From Endomicrobiia bacterium (GTDB lineage Bacteria; Elusimicrobiota; Endomicrobiia; DTEH01), in assembly GCA_039630545.1 (NCBI GenBank), contig JBCNUU010000001.1, forward strand, positions 203,175 to 267,174: a stretch of 64,000 nucleotides of DNA, given 5' to 3'. This document shows positions 42,922-52,544 of this stretch, piece after piece. Under the pieces are notes generated by a model. That model did not search any database. It was given only the letters and a program-made list of their open reading frames with translations, and was not told the DNA's origin. The translations under genes were made by a program, and so were the position numbers. The first letter of the stretch is position 1. The number at the start of each line of letters is the position of its first letter.

Positions 42922-44079
42922 ATGAAGTTTTATAGACAGAATTGTTTTTATTTTAAAACAGATCAACCATGTAGTTTTCACAAGAAAAACATAAAAATTT
43001 TATGTGAAAATTGTGAATTTTATATCCCTGTTAATAAAAAGATACTTATTATAAAACTTGCTGCTTTAGGAGATGTATTAAGAACAACTTCTATTTTGAA
43101 ACCATTAAATAAAAAATATAAAAACTCTAAGTTCTTCTGGATTACTTCAAATGAGGCAGTAGAGATCTTTCAAAATAACCCTTATATTAGTGAAGTTATA
43201 CCCTACTGTGAAGTTTTCAATTACTTTGGTAAAGACTTTGATATTTTGATAAATCTAGATTTAGAACAGAAAGCCTTAGAGTTAACAAAAAAGTTTAATT
43301 TTAGGTTTAAATATGGATTTTATCTAAATCAAGATTGGGAAGTGGTTTGCTCAAATAAAGCTGCTCAGGAATGGTTTGATATAAGTCATAACGATTTACT
43401 TAAAAAACAAAACAGAAAAACATATCAAGAATATCTTATGGAAATTTTAGAATTTAAAAATTTAAAACCTTCTAACTATCCAATAATACTGAAACTTTCT
43501 AAAGATGAAAAAAAATTTGCATATGAATTTTTAAAATCTAATGGTTGTAATCTTAAAGATACTTTTATTGGTATAAATCTAGGAAGTGGAGACAGGTGGA
43601 GAAAAAAAGAATATCCAATTAACAAAACTGTTCAGTTAATAAAGTTGTTGATAGATTATTTTAATAATAAAAAAAACATAAAAATTTTACTTTTCGGAGG
43701 AAAAAAAGAATTCAATCGCAACTTGGAAATTATGAATTCTTTAAAAAATAACCGTTTCTATTGTGAAAAAGTATTAGATACTGGAACAAATAATACGCTC
43801 AGACAATTTTTTTCTCTTATTAATGTATGTGATTTGTTAATTGCCTCTGATACTTTAGCTTTACATGTAGGGTTGGCTTTAAATAAAAAGGTAATAGCTT
43901 TATTTGGTCCTACATCCTTCAATGAAATAGAAATGTATGGTTTGGGAGAAAAAGTAGTTACACCTAAAAAATGCAAAGTTTGTTATAGAAGAATTTGTAA
44001 TAAGACTCCAGATTGTATGGAATTAATTTCCGTTAAAGAAATTTTTAATAAAGTTTTAAAACTAATTAATAAAAAGTAA
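42922..44079 (+). CDS. GT9 heptosyltransferase-like glycosyltransferase with a Cys-rich N-terminal extension
   Basis: IIKLAALGDVLRTT, SDTLALHVGLAL, LFGPT; N-terminal C..C..HK..C..C. Confidence 0.85.
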   Translation: MKFYRQNCFYFKTDQPCSFHKKNIKILCENCEFYIPVNKKILIIKLAALGDVLRTTSILKPLNKKYKNSKFFWITSNEAVEIFQNNPYISEVIPYCEVFNYFGKDFDILINLDLEQKALELTKKFNFRFKYGFYLNQDWEVVCSNKAAQEWFDISHNDLLKKQNRKTYQEYLMEILEFKNLKPSNYPIILKLSKDEKKFAYEFLKSNGCNLKDTFIGINLGSGDRWRKKEYPINKTVQLIKLLIDYFNNKKNIKILLFGGKKEFNRNLEIMNSLKNNRFYCEKVLDTGTNNTLRQFFSLINVCDLLIASDTLALHVGLALNKKVIALFGPTSFNEIEMYGLGEKVVTPKKCKVCYRRICNKTPDCMELISVKEIFNKVLKLINKK

Positions 44080-44083
44080 TCTT

Positions 44084-45415
44084 ATGTGTGGAATTTTTGG
44101 AGTTTATAACCACTCAGATGCTTCTGAATTAACTTATTTAGGGCTTTATTCATTACAACATCGTGGACAAGAATCAGCAGGAATTGTGTCTTGTGATGGA
44201 GAAAGATTTTTTTCTAAAATAGGTCAGGGAGAAGTTCAGGAAGTTTTTAATAGTGAAGATTTAAGGAAATTGAATGGTAGATTAGCTTTAGGTCATACTC
44301 GCTATTCTACATATGGTGCTTCTGATATTAAAAATGCTCAACCTATTAGTGTTAAATGTTCTAAAGGACTTTTAGCTTTAGTACATAATGGTAATTTGGT
44401 TAATGCTAAATATTTAAGAAACAAATTAGAACTTATGGGTGCTATATTCCAAACTACAACTGATTCTGAAGTAATTCTTCATTTGATTTCTCATTCTAAA
44501 GAGAAAAACATAATAGAAGTACTTAAAAAAATCCTTCCTCAACTTAGGGGAGCTTATTCTTTGATCTTAATGACACCAAACTCCATGTATGCAATAAGAG
44601 ATCCTTTTGGATTTCGTCCTTTAGTAATTGGCAAAGTTAAAAGTGGATTTATTTTCTGTTCAGAAACCTGTGCTCTTGATATAGTTTCTGCTGAATTTAT
44701 TAGAGAGGTTGAACCTGGCGAGATAGTTGAAGCTAAAGATGGAAAATTAAAAAGTTATAGGTTTAGTTCTATATCTAAAAAGAGTTTATGTATATTTGAA
44801 TACATTTATTTTTCAAGACCTGATAGTATTTTAGAAGGGAAAACCGTCCATAACGTAAGAGTAAAACTTGGAAAAACTCTATATAGAGAATTTCCTACAG
44901 TTTCCGATATAGTGATTGCTGTTCCGGACTCAGCTAATTCAGCAGCACTTGGTTATTCTCAAGAAAGCGGTATTCCTTTTGAGTTTGGTTTTATAAGAAA
45001 TCACTATATAGGTAGAACATTTATTCAACCTCGTCAAAAGATAAGAGATTTTTCTGTCAAAATAAAATACAATACAATAAAAGAAGTACTGTGGAAAAAA
45101 AGAGTAGTAGTTGTAGATGATTCAATAGTTCGTGGGACAACCTCTAAAAAATTAATAAAAATGCTTAAAAATTCAGGAGCAAAAGAAATACATTTAAGAA
45201 TTACCTGCCCACCTATTGTTTCTCCGTGTATATATGGTATAGACACACCTACTAAAAAGGAACTCATTGCGGCTAATTATTCCGTAGAAGATATCAAAAA
45301 ATTCTTGGAGGTAGATACACTTTATTATATTTCCTGTGAAGGTATGGTTAATTCCACTGGTAGTCCGAGAAGTAATTTTTGTTTGGCTTGCTTTACAGGA
45401 GATTATCCTGTATAG
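44084..45415 (+). CDS. purF: Amidophosphoribosyltransferase
   Basis: MCGIFG, QHRGQESAG, CIFEYIYFSRPDS, VVDDSIVRGTT, C..CFTGDYP. Confidence 0.98.
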   Translation: MCGIFGVYNHSDASELTYLGLYSLQHRGQESAGIVSCDGERFFSKIGQGEVQEVFNSEDLRKLNGRLALGHTRYSTYGASDIKNAQPISVKCSKGLLALVHNGNLVNAKYLRNKLELMGAIFQTTTDSEVILHLISHSKEKNIIEVLKKILPQLRGAYSLILMTPNSMYAIRDPFGFRPLVIGKVKSGFIFCSETCALDIVSAEFIREVEPGEIVEAKDGKLKSYRFSSISKKSLCIFEYIYFSRPDSILEGKTVHNVRVKLGKTLYREFPTVSDIVIAVPDSANSAALGYSQESGIPFEFGFIRNHYIGRTFIQPRQKIRDFSVKIKYNTIKEVLWKKRVVVVDDSIVRGTTSKKLIKMLKNSGAKEIHLRITCPPIVSPCIYGIDTPTKKELIAANYSVEDIKKFLEVDTLYYISCEGMVNSTGSPRSNFCLACFTGDYPV

Positions 45416-45479
45416 TTTTAACTTGATTATTTAATAATTTTTTTATATTCAACAATGTTATGGTAAATAATAAAGAGAT

Positions 45480-47270
45480 ATGATTAAAAAAAGTTTACAA
45501 CAAATTCTTGTGGAATATTTTGGTTTTACTCCTCAAGAAGTAGATGTGCTTAATAAAGAAGCTGAAAAAAATAAAATAATGCTTATCCAGTATATAGTCA
45601 ACACTAAAAAAGTAGATAAACATAAGTTACTTAAGGTATTATCTTCTGAGTGGGAAACTAGAGTTGTTGACCTTTCAGACATAGAAGTAGATACCGATCT
45701 TGCAAAAATTATTTCAGTTGAGACATGCAAACGTTACAAGTTAGTTCCTTTTAGTAAAGATGAAAATATTTTATGTGTAGCCATGGTTGATCCTAGAGAT
45801 CTTTTCGCTATAGAAGATATAGAATTTAGAACAGGACTTAAAGTTCTTCCATATTTTGCACTTCCTGACGATGTAAAAGAAAAAATAGAACAGTTATATG
45901 GCAGCTATGATCTAGTTTATGAAGATTCAATACAAGAACAACGGGTTTATATCCCTAATGAAAATATTTTAGAAGATGCTCAGGAATTGACACAGGAACT
46001 ACTTGCAAGCTTAGATGTTTCAGAAGAAATTTCTATAGAACACCAGAAAGAAGAAGTAACAGATATTATGCAAGTAGATGCATCAGCACCTGAGGTTGAG
46101 AAACTTGTAAATGCTATAATTCTTGAAGCAGTAAGATTAAAAGCATCTGATATTCATATTGAACCTTTTGAAAAAAAAATTATTGTAAGGTATAGAGTGG
46201 ATGGACTTTTAAGAAAAGCATCTTTTAAAATACCTATGGTATTTAAAAATGCTCTTATATCTAAAATAAAAATAATGTGTGGAATGAATATTGTTGAACG
46301 CAGAATCCCACAGGATGGTAGATTGCAAGTAAAAGCAAAAGGGTTACCCTTAGAGTTTAGAGTGAATGTAGTACCCACTGTTTATGGTGAGAGTGTTGTA
46401 ATGCGAATGCTGGATAGATCTGGTGCTTTATTACCTTTGGAGGCTTTAGGTTTTTTACCGGATACTTTAGAAAAATTTATAGAGTTACTTAATCGTCCAT
46501 ATGGACTTATTTTAGTATGTGGTCCTACAGGTTCTGGTAAGTCTTTCACATTGACTGCTGCATTACAAAAAGTAAAAGACCCTGCTGAGAAAATTCTTAC
46601 TGCAGAAAACCCAGTTGAGTATGAGTTAGATGGAGTTGTACAGGTTCCTATAAATCCGGATCTAAAAATGGGTGATAAAAAATTTGATTTTGCTATGGCT
46701 TTAAGAGCTTTTTTACGACAGGATCCGGATATAATAATGGTTGGAGAAATAAGAGATCAGGAAACGGCACAGGTAGCAATGGAAGCTGCGTTGACTGGCC
46801 ATCTGGTGCTTTCTACAATTCACACAAACGATGCACCTTCTGCAGTTGCAAGGTTGTATGAGATGGGAGTGCCTACATATCTTATTGCCAATACCTTAGA
46901 AGGTGTTCTTGCTCAGAGGTTGATAAGGACATTATGTAGTGAATGTAAACAACCAGATCTTACGGCACCTCAAGGAGATTTGTTGAATATGCTTAAAGAA
47001 TATAATATAGATTTTATATCAGCAAATTTTATGAAACCGGTAGGTTGTAAAAAATGCAACAATATAGGAATGAAAGGAAGAACAGCAATTCACGAGCTTC
47101 TTGTAATGGATGAGGAATTAAGAGATTTATGTTTAAAAGAAGTTTCTGCTAAAAAAATAAGAGAAGTTGCAATAAAAAATGGTATGAGGACTTTATTGGT
47201 TGATGGATTAATAAAAGTTACTAAAGGAATTACTACTTACTCTGAAATTTTGGCAGTATGTCAAAGATAA
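45480..47270 (+). CDS. PilB/GspE-family type IV pilus / T2SS assembly ATPase
   Basis: MshEN-like N-domain, ASDIHIEP, PQDGR, GPTGSGKS, AENPVEY, LRQDPDIIMVGEIRD, TGHLVLSTIH, CxxC..CxxC. Confidence 0.93.
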   Translation: MIKKSLQQILVEYFGFTPQEVDVLNKEAEKNKIMLIQYIVNTKKVDKHKLLKVLSSEWETRVVDLSDIEVDTDLAKIISVETCKRYKLVPFSKDENILCVAMVDPRDLFAIEDIEFRTGLKVLPYFALPDDVKEKIEQLYGSYDLVYEDSIQEQRVYIPNENILEDAQELTQELLASLDVSEEISIEHQKEEVTDIMQVDASAPEVEKLVNAIILEAVRLKASDIHIEPFEKKIIVRYRVDGLLRKASFKIPMVFKNALISKIKIMCGMNIVERRIPQDGRLQVKAKGLPLEFRVNVVPTVYGESVVMRMLDRSGALLPLEALGFLPDTLEKFIELLNRPYGLILVCGPTGSGKSFTLTAALQKVKDPAEKILTAENPVEYELDGVVQVPINPDLKMGDKKFDFAMALRAFLRQDPDIIMVGEIRDQETAQVAMEAALTGHLVLSTIHTNDAPSAVARLYEMGVPTYLIANTLEGVLAQRLIRTLCSECKQPDLTAPQGDLLNMLKEYNIDFISANFMKPVGCKKCNNIGMKGRTAIHELLVMDEELRDLCLKEVSAKKIREVAIKNGMRTLLVDGLIKVTKGITTYSEILAVCQR

Positions 47271-47298
47271 TTCATTCAATAAGTATCGTAAGATTTTT

Positions 47299-48378
47299 AT
47301 GAGCAAATCAAAAGAATTTGAAGAAATTTTTGAAATAGTACGGGATCTTACTTCAACTTTAGATGTAGATACTTTGCTTAAAAGAATATCAGAAGCAGCT
47401 GAAAAACTTACAAATTCTACTGCCAGTTCTATTATGTTGGTGGATGATGACAAACAACATCTTTATTTTAAAACAGCAGGTGGTGAGAAAGGTTCTATAG
47501 TTAAAAAAATAAAAATTAAAATTGGTGAAGGTATAGCAGGTAGTGTAGCACTTAATAAAAAATCAGAAATAATAAATGATGTTTCAAAAGACACAAGATT
47601 TCTGGCCACAATAGACCAGCAAAGTGGATTTAAAACTAAATCAATTTTAGCTGTGCCTATATTATACTCAATCAATAATCGAACAGAAGTAATAGGTGTT
47701 CTGGAAGTGTTAAATAAAAAAGATGCAGGAGGATTTGGAGAGGAAGATAAAAAAATGTTAGAAAATTTAGCAAGTTTAGCATCTATCGCTATAATGAATG
47801 CCAAAATTTGGGAGGATCAAAGGAATTTTTTTAACTTCGCAACAGAATTTATAATCTCAGCTATAGAGACGATCAGGTCAAAACAAAAAGGATTTTACTG
47901 GAAAATAGCACAAACTGCTACAAAAATAGCTAAAAAATTAGGATTGGAACCAAGTATGGAAGAATATAAAAATATATATTTTGGAAGCTTATTGCATGAT
48001 ATTGGATATTTATCTTCTAAATTTAAGTCAGATAATGGTATAGAAAAAGTGAATTTAGAAAAACTGCATGTTATTATAGGTGCAGAGATGGTAAGTAACA
48101 TAAGTTTGTTTAAAGGATTACTACCAACAATAAAATTTCACCATGAAAATTATGATGGTACGGGGTACCCAGAAGGGCTTTCTGGAGATAAGATTCCTCT
48201 ATCAGCAAGAGTTATATCTTTAGCAGAGTACATTGAAGAATTAAAAATAAATTTTTTAGATAAAAACCAAATTATCAGTTTGTTAAAACAAAACAGTAAC
48301 ATTAAGTTTGACCCTTCACTAGTTGAGATAGCAATAAATATATTATCTGAAGAATCTGAAAATTTAATGGGGGTGTAG
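47299..48378 (+). CDS. GAF + HD-GYP domain protein with degenerate metal ligands
   Basis: GAF: GEGIAGSVA..INDV..D.RF, TKSILAVP, GVLEVLNK; HD-GYP: LLHDIG, HHENYDGTGYP, IPLSARVI. Confidence 0.88.
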   Translation: MSKSKEFEEIFEIVRDLTSTLDVDTLLKRISEAAEKLTNSTASSIMLVDDDKQHLYFKTAGGEKGSIVKKIKIKIGEGIAGSVALNKKSEIINDVSKDTRFLATIDQQSGFKTKSILAVPILYSINNRTEVIGVLEVLNKKDAGGFGEEDKKMLENLASLASIAIMNAKIWEDQRNFFNFATEFIISAIETIRSKQKGFYWKIAQTATKIAKKLGLEPSMEEYKNIYFGSLLHDIGYLSSKFKSDNGIEKVNLEKLHVIIGAEMVSNISLFKGLLPTIKFHHENYDGTGYPEGLSGDKIPLSARVISLAEYIEELKINFLDKNQIISLLKQNSNIKFDPSLVEIAINILSEESENLMGV

Positions 48379-48442
48379 TTCAGTTTGGGAGAACATCCGG
48401 CTCGCATCCGGAAGGTCGGGGGTTCAAATCCCCTCGCCTCCA
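48369..48442 (+). tRNA. tRNA-Ala (anticodon CGC), CCA not encoded
   Basis: GGGGGTG/CGCCTCC acceptor stem with G3:U70; GTTC/GAAC D-stem; TCCGG-CTCGCAT-CCGGA anticodon arm; GGGGG-TTCAAAT-CCCCT T-arm; discriminator A. Confidence 0.95.
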
Positions 48443-48454
48443 AGACTTGTTTTT

Positions 48455-49636
48455 ATGAAAAAATTAAAATTTGATGTTTTTTTTTTAAAAACATATAAAA
48501 GATACAATGTTATTTTTGTAAAAGGCAAAAATCAATATCTTTATGATAATAAAAATAAAAAATATTTAGATTTTTTTTGTGGCTTAAGTGTAACAAATCT
48601 TGGACATAGTAATGATATTCTTTACAAAATTCTTAAAAAACAGGGTTCTTGTCTTTGGCATTGTTCAAACTTGTATTATAGTTATCCTCAAATAGAATTA
48701 GCTAAAAAACTTATAAGTATTACTTTTCCTTCTAAAGTATTTTTTTCTAACTCCGGAGCTGAAGCAAATGAGTGCGCAATAAAGTTAGCAAGAAAATACG
48801 GAAGTACATCAAATAGATATGAAATAATTACATTTAAAAATTCATTCCATGGAAGAACACTTGCTACCTTATCAGCTACGGGTCAGAAAAAATTTCAAAA
48901 AGGGTTTTATCCTTTAGTTGAAGGATTTAGATATGCTGAGTTTAACAACATCCATTCTGTAAAAAACCTAATAAACAAAAAAACAATAGCTATTATGATA
49001 GAACCGATTCAGGGAGAAGGTGGGATAAATGTAGCTGATAGAGTTTTTTTGGTTCAGCTTAGAAAAATATGTGATGAAAACAAATTGCTTCTTATTTTTG
49101 ATGAAGTGCAAACAGGGTTAGGAAGAACAGGAGAGTTTTTTGCTTATCAGTATTATAATGTAAAACCAGACATTCTTACATTAGCTAAAGGTATAGCTAA
49201 CGGTTTACCGCTGGGAGTAACTCTGGTGGACAAAAATTATTCAGATGTTTTTGATTATGGTGATCATGGTTCTACTTTTGGAGGTAACTTAATAAGCTGT
49301 GCTGTAGCATGTGAAGTTCTTAGGCTTATTGATGAAAACTTATTAAAAAATGTAAAAGATAATGGAAAGTATTTTTTAAATAAATTACATGAATTAAAGC
49401 TAAAGTATAAGTTTATAAAATCAGTAAGAGGTGTTGGATTTATGTTAGGTATGGAATTAGATTTTCCCGCAAGAGAAGTGGTTGAGGATTGTTTGAAAAA
49501 TGGTTTGGTTTTAAATGTCACTCAAGAAAAAGTAATAAGGTTTTTGCCTCCTTTAATTATAGGCAAGTCAGATATAGATAAAGCAATTAATATTTTAGAT
49601 AAGGTTCTTTCTAAATATGAACAAAAAAGAACTTAA
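48455..49636 (+). CDS. argD: Acetylornithine aminotransferase (class III PLP enzyme)
   Basis: FSNSGAEANE.AIKLAR, SFHGRT, EPIQGEGG, FDEVQTGLGRTG, LAKG, HGSTFGGN. Confidence 0.92.
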   Translation: MKKLKFDVFFLKTYKRYNVIFVKGKNQYLYDNKNKKYLDFFCGLSVTNLGHSNDILYKILKKQGSCLWHCSNLYYSYPQIELAKKLISITFPSKVFFSNSGAEANECAIKLARKYGSTSNRYEIITFKNSFHGRTLATLSATGQKKFQKGFYPLVEGFRYAEFNNIHSVKNLINKKTIAIMIEPIQGEGGINVADRVFLVQLRKICDENKLLLIFDEVQTGLGRTGEFFAYQYYNVKPDILTLAKGIANGLPLGVTLVDKNYSDVFDYGDHGSTFGGNLISCAVACEVLRLIDENLLKNVKDNGKYFLNKLHELKLKYKFIKSVRGVGFMLGMELDFPAREVVEDCLKNGLVLNVTQEKVIRFLPPLIIGKSDIDKAINILDKVLSKYEQKRT

Positions 49637-50261
49637 AGAAATAAATGTTTTTGTCGTTAATGAGTTTGCTACAAATTGTTATATTTATAAAGATCCTTTT
49701 TCTGAAAATTCAATAATAATAGATCCTGGTGGCGATGCTAAAAGATTAATAGATTTTATTCAAATTAATAAATTAAAACTGAACTATATCATTCTTACTC
49801 ATGCTCATTATGATCATATTGCAGCTCTTTCAGAAATAGCCAAAGCTTTTCAAGTAGAAACTGTTATTCATCAAGATGAATATTCTATTTTAACAGATAA
49901 TGCTTTGAATCTTTCTTTATTTTTAGGGAAAAATACTTTAGATAATCTTGACTTGATTAAATATTTAAAAGTTAAAGATTTAGAGTTAATCTATTGTGGA
50001 AATCAAAAAATATTTGTTTTACATACACCAGGACATACTAAAGGGAGTATTTGTCTTTATATAAAAGATAAATATCTATTTACTGGCGACACTTTATTTT
50101 GTGGTTCAGTGGGAAGAACAGATTTTCCAACGGGTGATATTGATGCATTGGAGGATTCTTTAAAAAGAATTTTTTCTTTACCTCATAATATCAGATTTTT
50201 TCCAGGCCATAACAATGATTGTGTATTGAAAGAAGAAATAAATCATAATCCTTTTTTATAA
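49617..50261 (+). CDS. MBL-fold metallohydrolase (glyoxalase II/YcbL-like)
   Basis: IIDPG, THAHYDHI, TPGHTKGS, FTGDTLF..SVGRTD, PGH. Confidence 0.92.
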   Translation: MNKKELKEINVFVVNEFATNCYIYKDPFSENSIIIDPGGDAKRLIDFIQINKLKLNYIILTHAHYDHIAALSEIAKAFQVETVIHQDEYSILTDNALNLSLFLGKNTLDNLDLIKYLKVKDLELIYCGNQKIFVLHTPGHTKGSICLYIKDKYLFTGDTLFCGSVGRTDFPTGDIDALEDSLKRIFSLPHNIRFFPGHNNDCVLKEEINHNPFL

Positions 50262-50271
50262 AGGAGTTTTT

Positions 50272-50949
50272 ATGAAAATCAAACTACCAATAAACCTATT
50301 TAAAAAAATAAGCAAATTAAAAGTTGATAAAGGCAGTTTACCACAAAAGGATTCTTCTTTGTCTCCACCGATTTCAGAAAAAATATTAGCAGAAATAAGT
50401 AAAAAAAGTGTAGATGCTTTAATAAAGTCACTTTCTGATAAAGATCCGTTTGTAAGAGCTATAAGTTGTGAAGTGTTAGGCAAAATGAGAGAAAAAAAAG
50501 CATTAAAGCAAATTATGTTGTTAATGAAAGATTCTTCTAAATATGTTCGTGAAAAAGCAGCTATAGCTTTAGGGCAAATAGGTGACAGAAAAGCAGTACC
50601 TGTATTAGTAGAAGCTATGAATGACGAATCGGAAGAGGTGAGAGTTACTGTAGCTGGAGTTTTAGGTCATTTAAGAGACAAAATAGCAGTTCCTGTTTTA
50701 ATAAAAGCATTAGAAGATCCTTCTGCTACTGCGAGAATGAAAGCAGCAATTTCTTTAGGTTTAATAAGAGATCCACGAGCGATACCTGCTTTGTTTAAAA
50801 CATTAAAAGACCCTCACGAGTTAGTAAGAAGATACGCTTGTGAAGCTTTAGGTAACATAGGAAGACCAGCAATTCCAGCACTTCTTTTAGCTTTGAAAGA
50901 TGAAAATGTAAGAGCACATGCAGCACAGGTTTTAGTAAAAATAAAATAA
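50272..50949 (+). CDS. HEAT-repeat (PBS lyase-like) protein
   Basis: About 5-6 repeats of roughly 31 aa: L.D....VR..AA.ALG.I.D..AVP.L; SD AAGGAG. Confidence 0.88.
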   Translation: MKIKLPINLFKKISKLKVDKGSLPQKDSSLSPPISEKILAEISKKSVDALIKSLSDKDPFVRAISCEVLGKMREKKALKQIMLLMKDSSKYVREKAAIALGQIGDRKAVPVLVEAMNDESEEVRVTVAGVLGHLRDKIAVPVLIKALEDPSATARMKAAISLGLIRDPRAIPALFKTLKDPHELVRRYACEALGNIGRPAIPALLLALKDENVRAHAAQVLVKIK

Positions 50950-50952
50950 CTA

Positions 50953-52524
50953 ATGAATAAAAAAGTAAGAATTGTAGTGGTGGGATTAAATTTATTTTCT
51001 TTTAATATTTTTTCTTCGCTTATAACAGAAGGTATTAGGTCTTTATCTTCTGGAAGTGTATATACTGCTTCAAATGGAGAAGCAAGTAGTTTATTTAATA
51101 ACCCTGCAGGGCTTTATGGTGACAGGTTTATAGATATTAAATTAGAAATATTAGGTAATCTGAATTTTACGGGAAACATTTTATTAAACATAGCTAACAT
51201 AATAAATAATTTTGAAAAATTTAACAAAATTCAACAATCTCAACATCAAGGTCAAAACATAGATATTGTTCAGATAGCGTGTTTGTTTGATGCTATAAAA
51301 AATTTAATAGAAATTGATAAGCCAGGAAAAGGCGTTATGTTAGGAGGTAGCGGAGGTTTATTAGTTAAGGTTAAAGATTTTGGTTTAAGTATAAGAAACA
51401 TTACAGAAATAGGACTTAAACCACATGTTGATACTAACTTTTATTTAGGACCGACAAGTAGTCCATCTTTTAGTCCTTCTTTAGCAAATTTTTCAGTATT
51501 AAAATTTGTGGATGATAATGCAAATTCAAGTGGAGTTAAATTAACCACAGCTACATTAAAATATGAGAATTTATATTCTACAAGAGATGATTTAGTAAAA
51601 AATGTTTTACCTTGGTTAATAGATGAATTAGAGAAGATGAATATAGAAATACCTCAAGAAATTAAAGATAACTTAGAGGGGATAGCTAATGCTTTAATTA
51701 ATTCAGCAATAGATAATGGTGCTTCACCAGAAGATGTAAACACTGCAGTTAATCAACTTAAAGATCCATATTTGCAAAGTTTAATTTCCAACATTCTTCA
51801 CAAATCTACTACACAAACTACATTACAGGAAAATGAAAGTGGGCTTATATTAAAAGGAATAAACTATACTGAGTTATCTTTAGGATATTCTTATTCCATA
51901 TTCAATGAACTTCAGATAGGTGTAGGGATAAAATATTTTGCTGGAAAAACCTTTTATTATAACTTTAAAGTTTTTAAAGAGAAAAAGCAAATTGACTTTA
52001 CAGATATTTCAAGTTTAGAAGAAAAACTAATTATGGACTCTAGGGCAATAGGTTTAGATTTTGGTGCTGTATATAAATTGCCTCTACCTATAATAGAAAC
52101 TAAAGTAGGTTTAGTAATTAAAAATTTAATAGAACCTTACTTTAATCTTCATAAAACCAATGAAAAATTAAAGTTTTCCAGACAACTTAAATTAGGTGTG
52201 CTAGGAAATTTTAAAATTTTAAAATTTGGTTTTGATCTGGATCTTAATCCCGCTGAAACTTTTATAAAGGGTTATAACATCCAAAATTTTTCGTTAGGTG
52301 TAGAGATAAAACCACCAATACTTCCTTCTTTAAGATTAGGTTATATTAGAAACCTGGCATTTTCTAATGATCAAATTTTTACAGCTGGTTTAGGATTTAA
52401 ATTTTTTGTGATAAATTTTGATTTGTTTGGAGCATTTAGTCCTGAGAGTGTCAAAATAAACAGAGATTTTACCTTACCAGTAAATAACCTGTTTTTAGGT
52501 TTAAACTTAGGTGTAGAATTTTAG
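50953..52524 (+). CDS. TraF-like (F-plasmid TraF_2-type) outer-membrane beta-barrel protein
   Basis: Signal peptide; G.RSL..G..YTA......F.NPAGL N-terminus typical of TraF/PorV/FadL-like barrels; GLDFG, GLVIKNL; terminal Phe. Confidence 0.6.
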   Translation: MNKKVRIVVVGLNLFSFNIFSSLITEGIRSLSSGSVYTASNGEASSLFNNPAGLYGDRFIDIKLEILGNLNFTGNILLNIANIINNFEKFNKIQQSQHQGQNIDIVQIACLFDAIKNLIEIDKPGKGVMLGGSGGLLVKVKDFGLSIRNITEIGLKPHVDTNFYLGPTSSPSFSPSLANFSVLKFVDDNANSSGVKLTTATLKYENLYSTRDDLVKNVLPWLIDELEKMNIEIPQEIKDNLEGIANALINSAIDNGASPEDVNTAVNQLKDPYLQSLISNILHKSTTQTTLQENESGLILKGINYTELSLGYSYSIFNELQIGVGIKYFAGKTFYYNFKVFKEKKQIDFTDISSLEEKLIMDSRAIGLDFGAVYKLPLPIIETKVGLVIKNLIEPYFNLHKTNEKLKFSRQLKLGVLGNFKILKFGFDLDLNPAETFIKGYNIQNFSLGVEIKPPILPSLRLGYIRNLAFSNDQIFTAGLGFKFFVINFDLFGAFSPESVKINRDFTLPVNNLFLGLNLGVEF

Positions 52525-52544
52525 TTTTTTTCAAAACTTTATAT

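Noticed and set aside
48150..48443. 97-aa minus-strand ORF (MEARGFEPPT...)
   Set aside because: Typical antisense shadow of a tRNA gene
48369..48460. tRNA as the integration site of a genomic island
   Set aside because: No integrase, no duplicated tRNA 3' end seen, and housekeeping genes on both sides
50953..52524. Conjugative element implied by the TraF-like gene
   Set aside because: No relaxase, VirB4, coupling protein or integrase in the window
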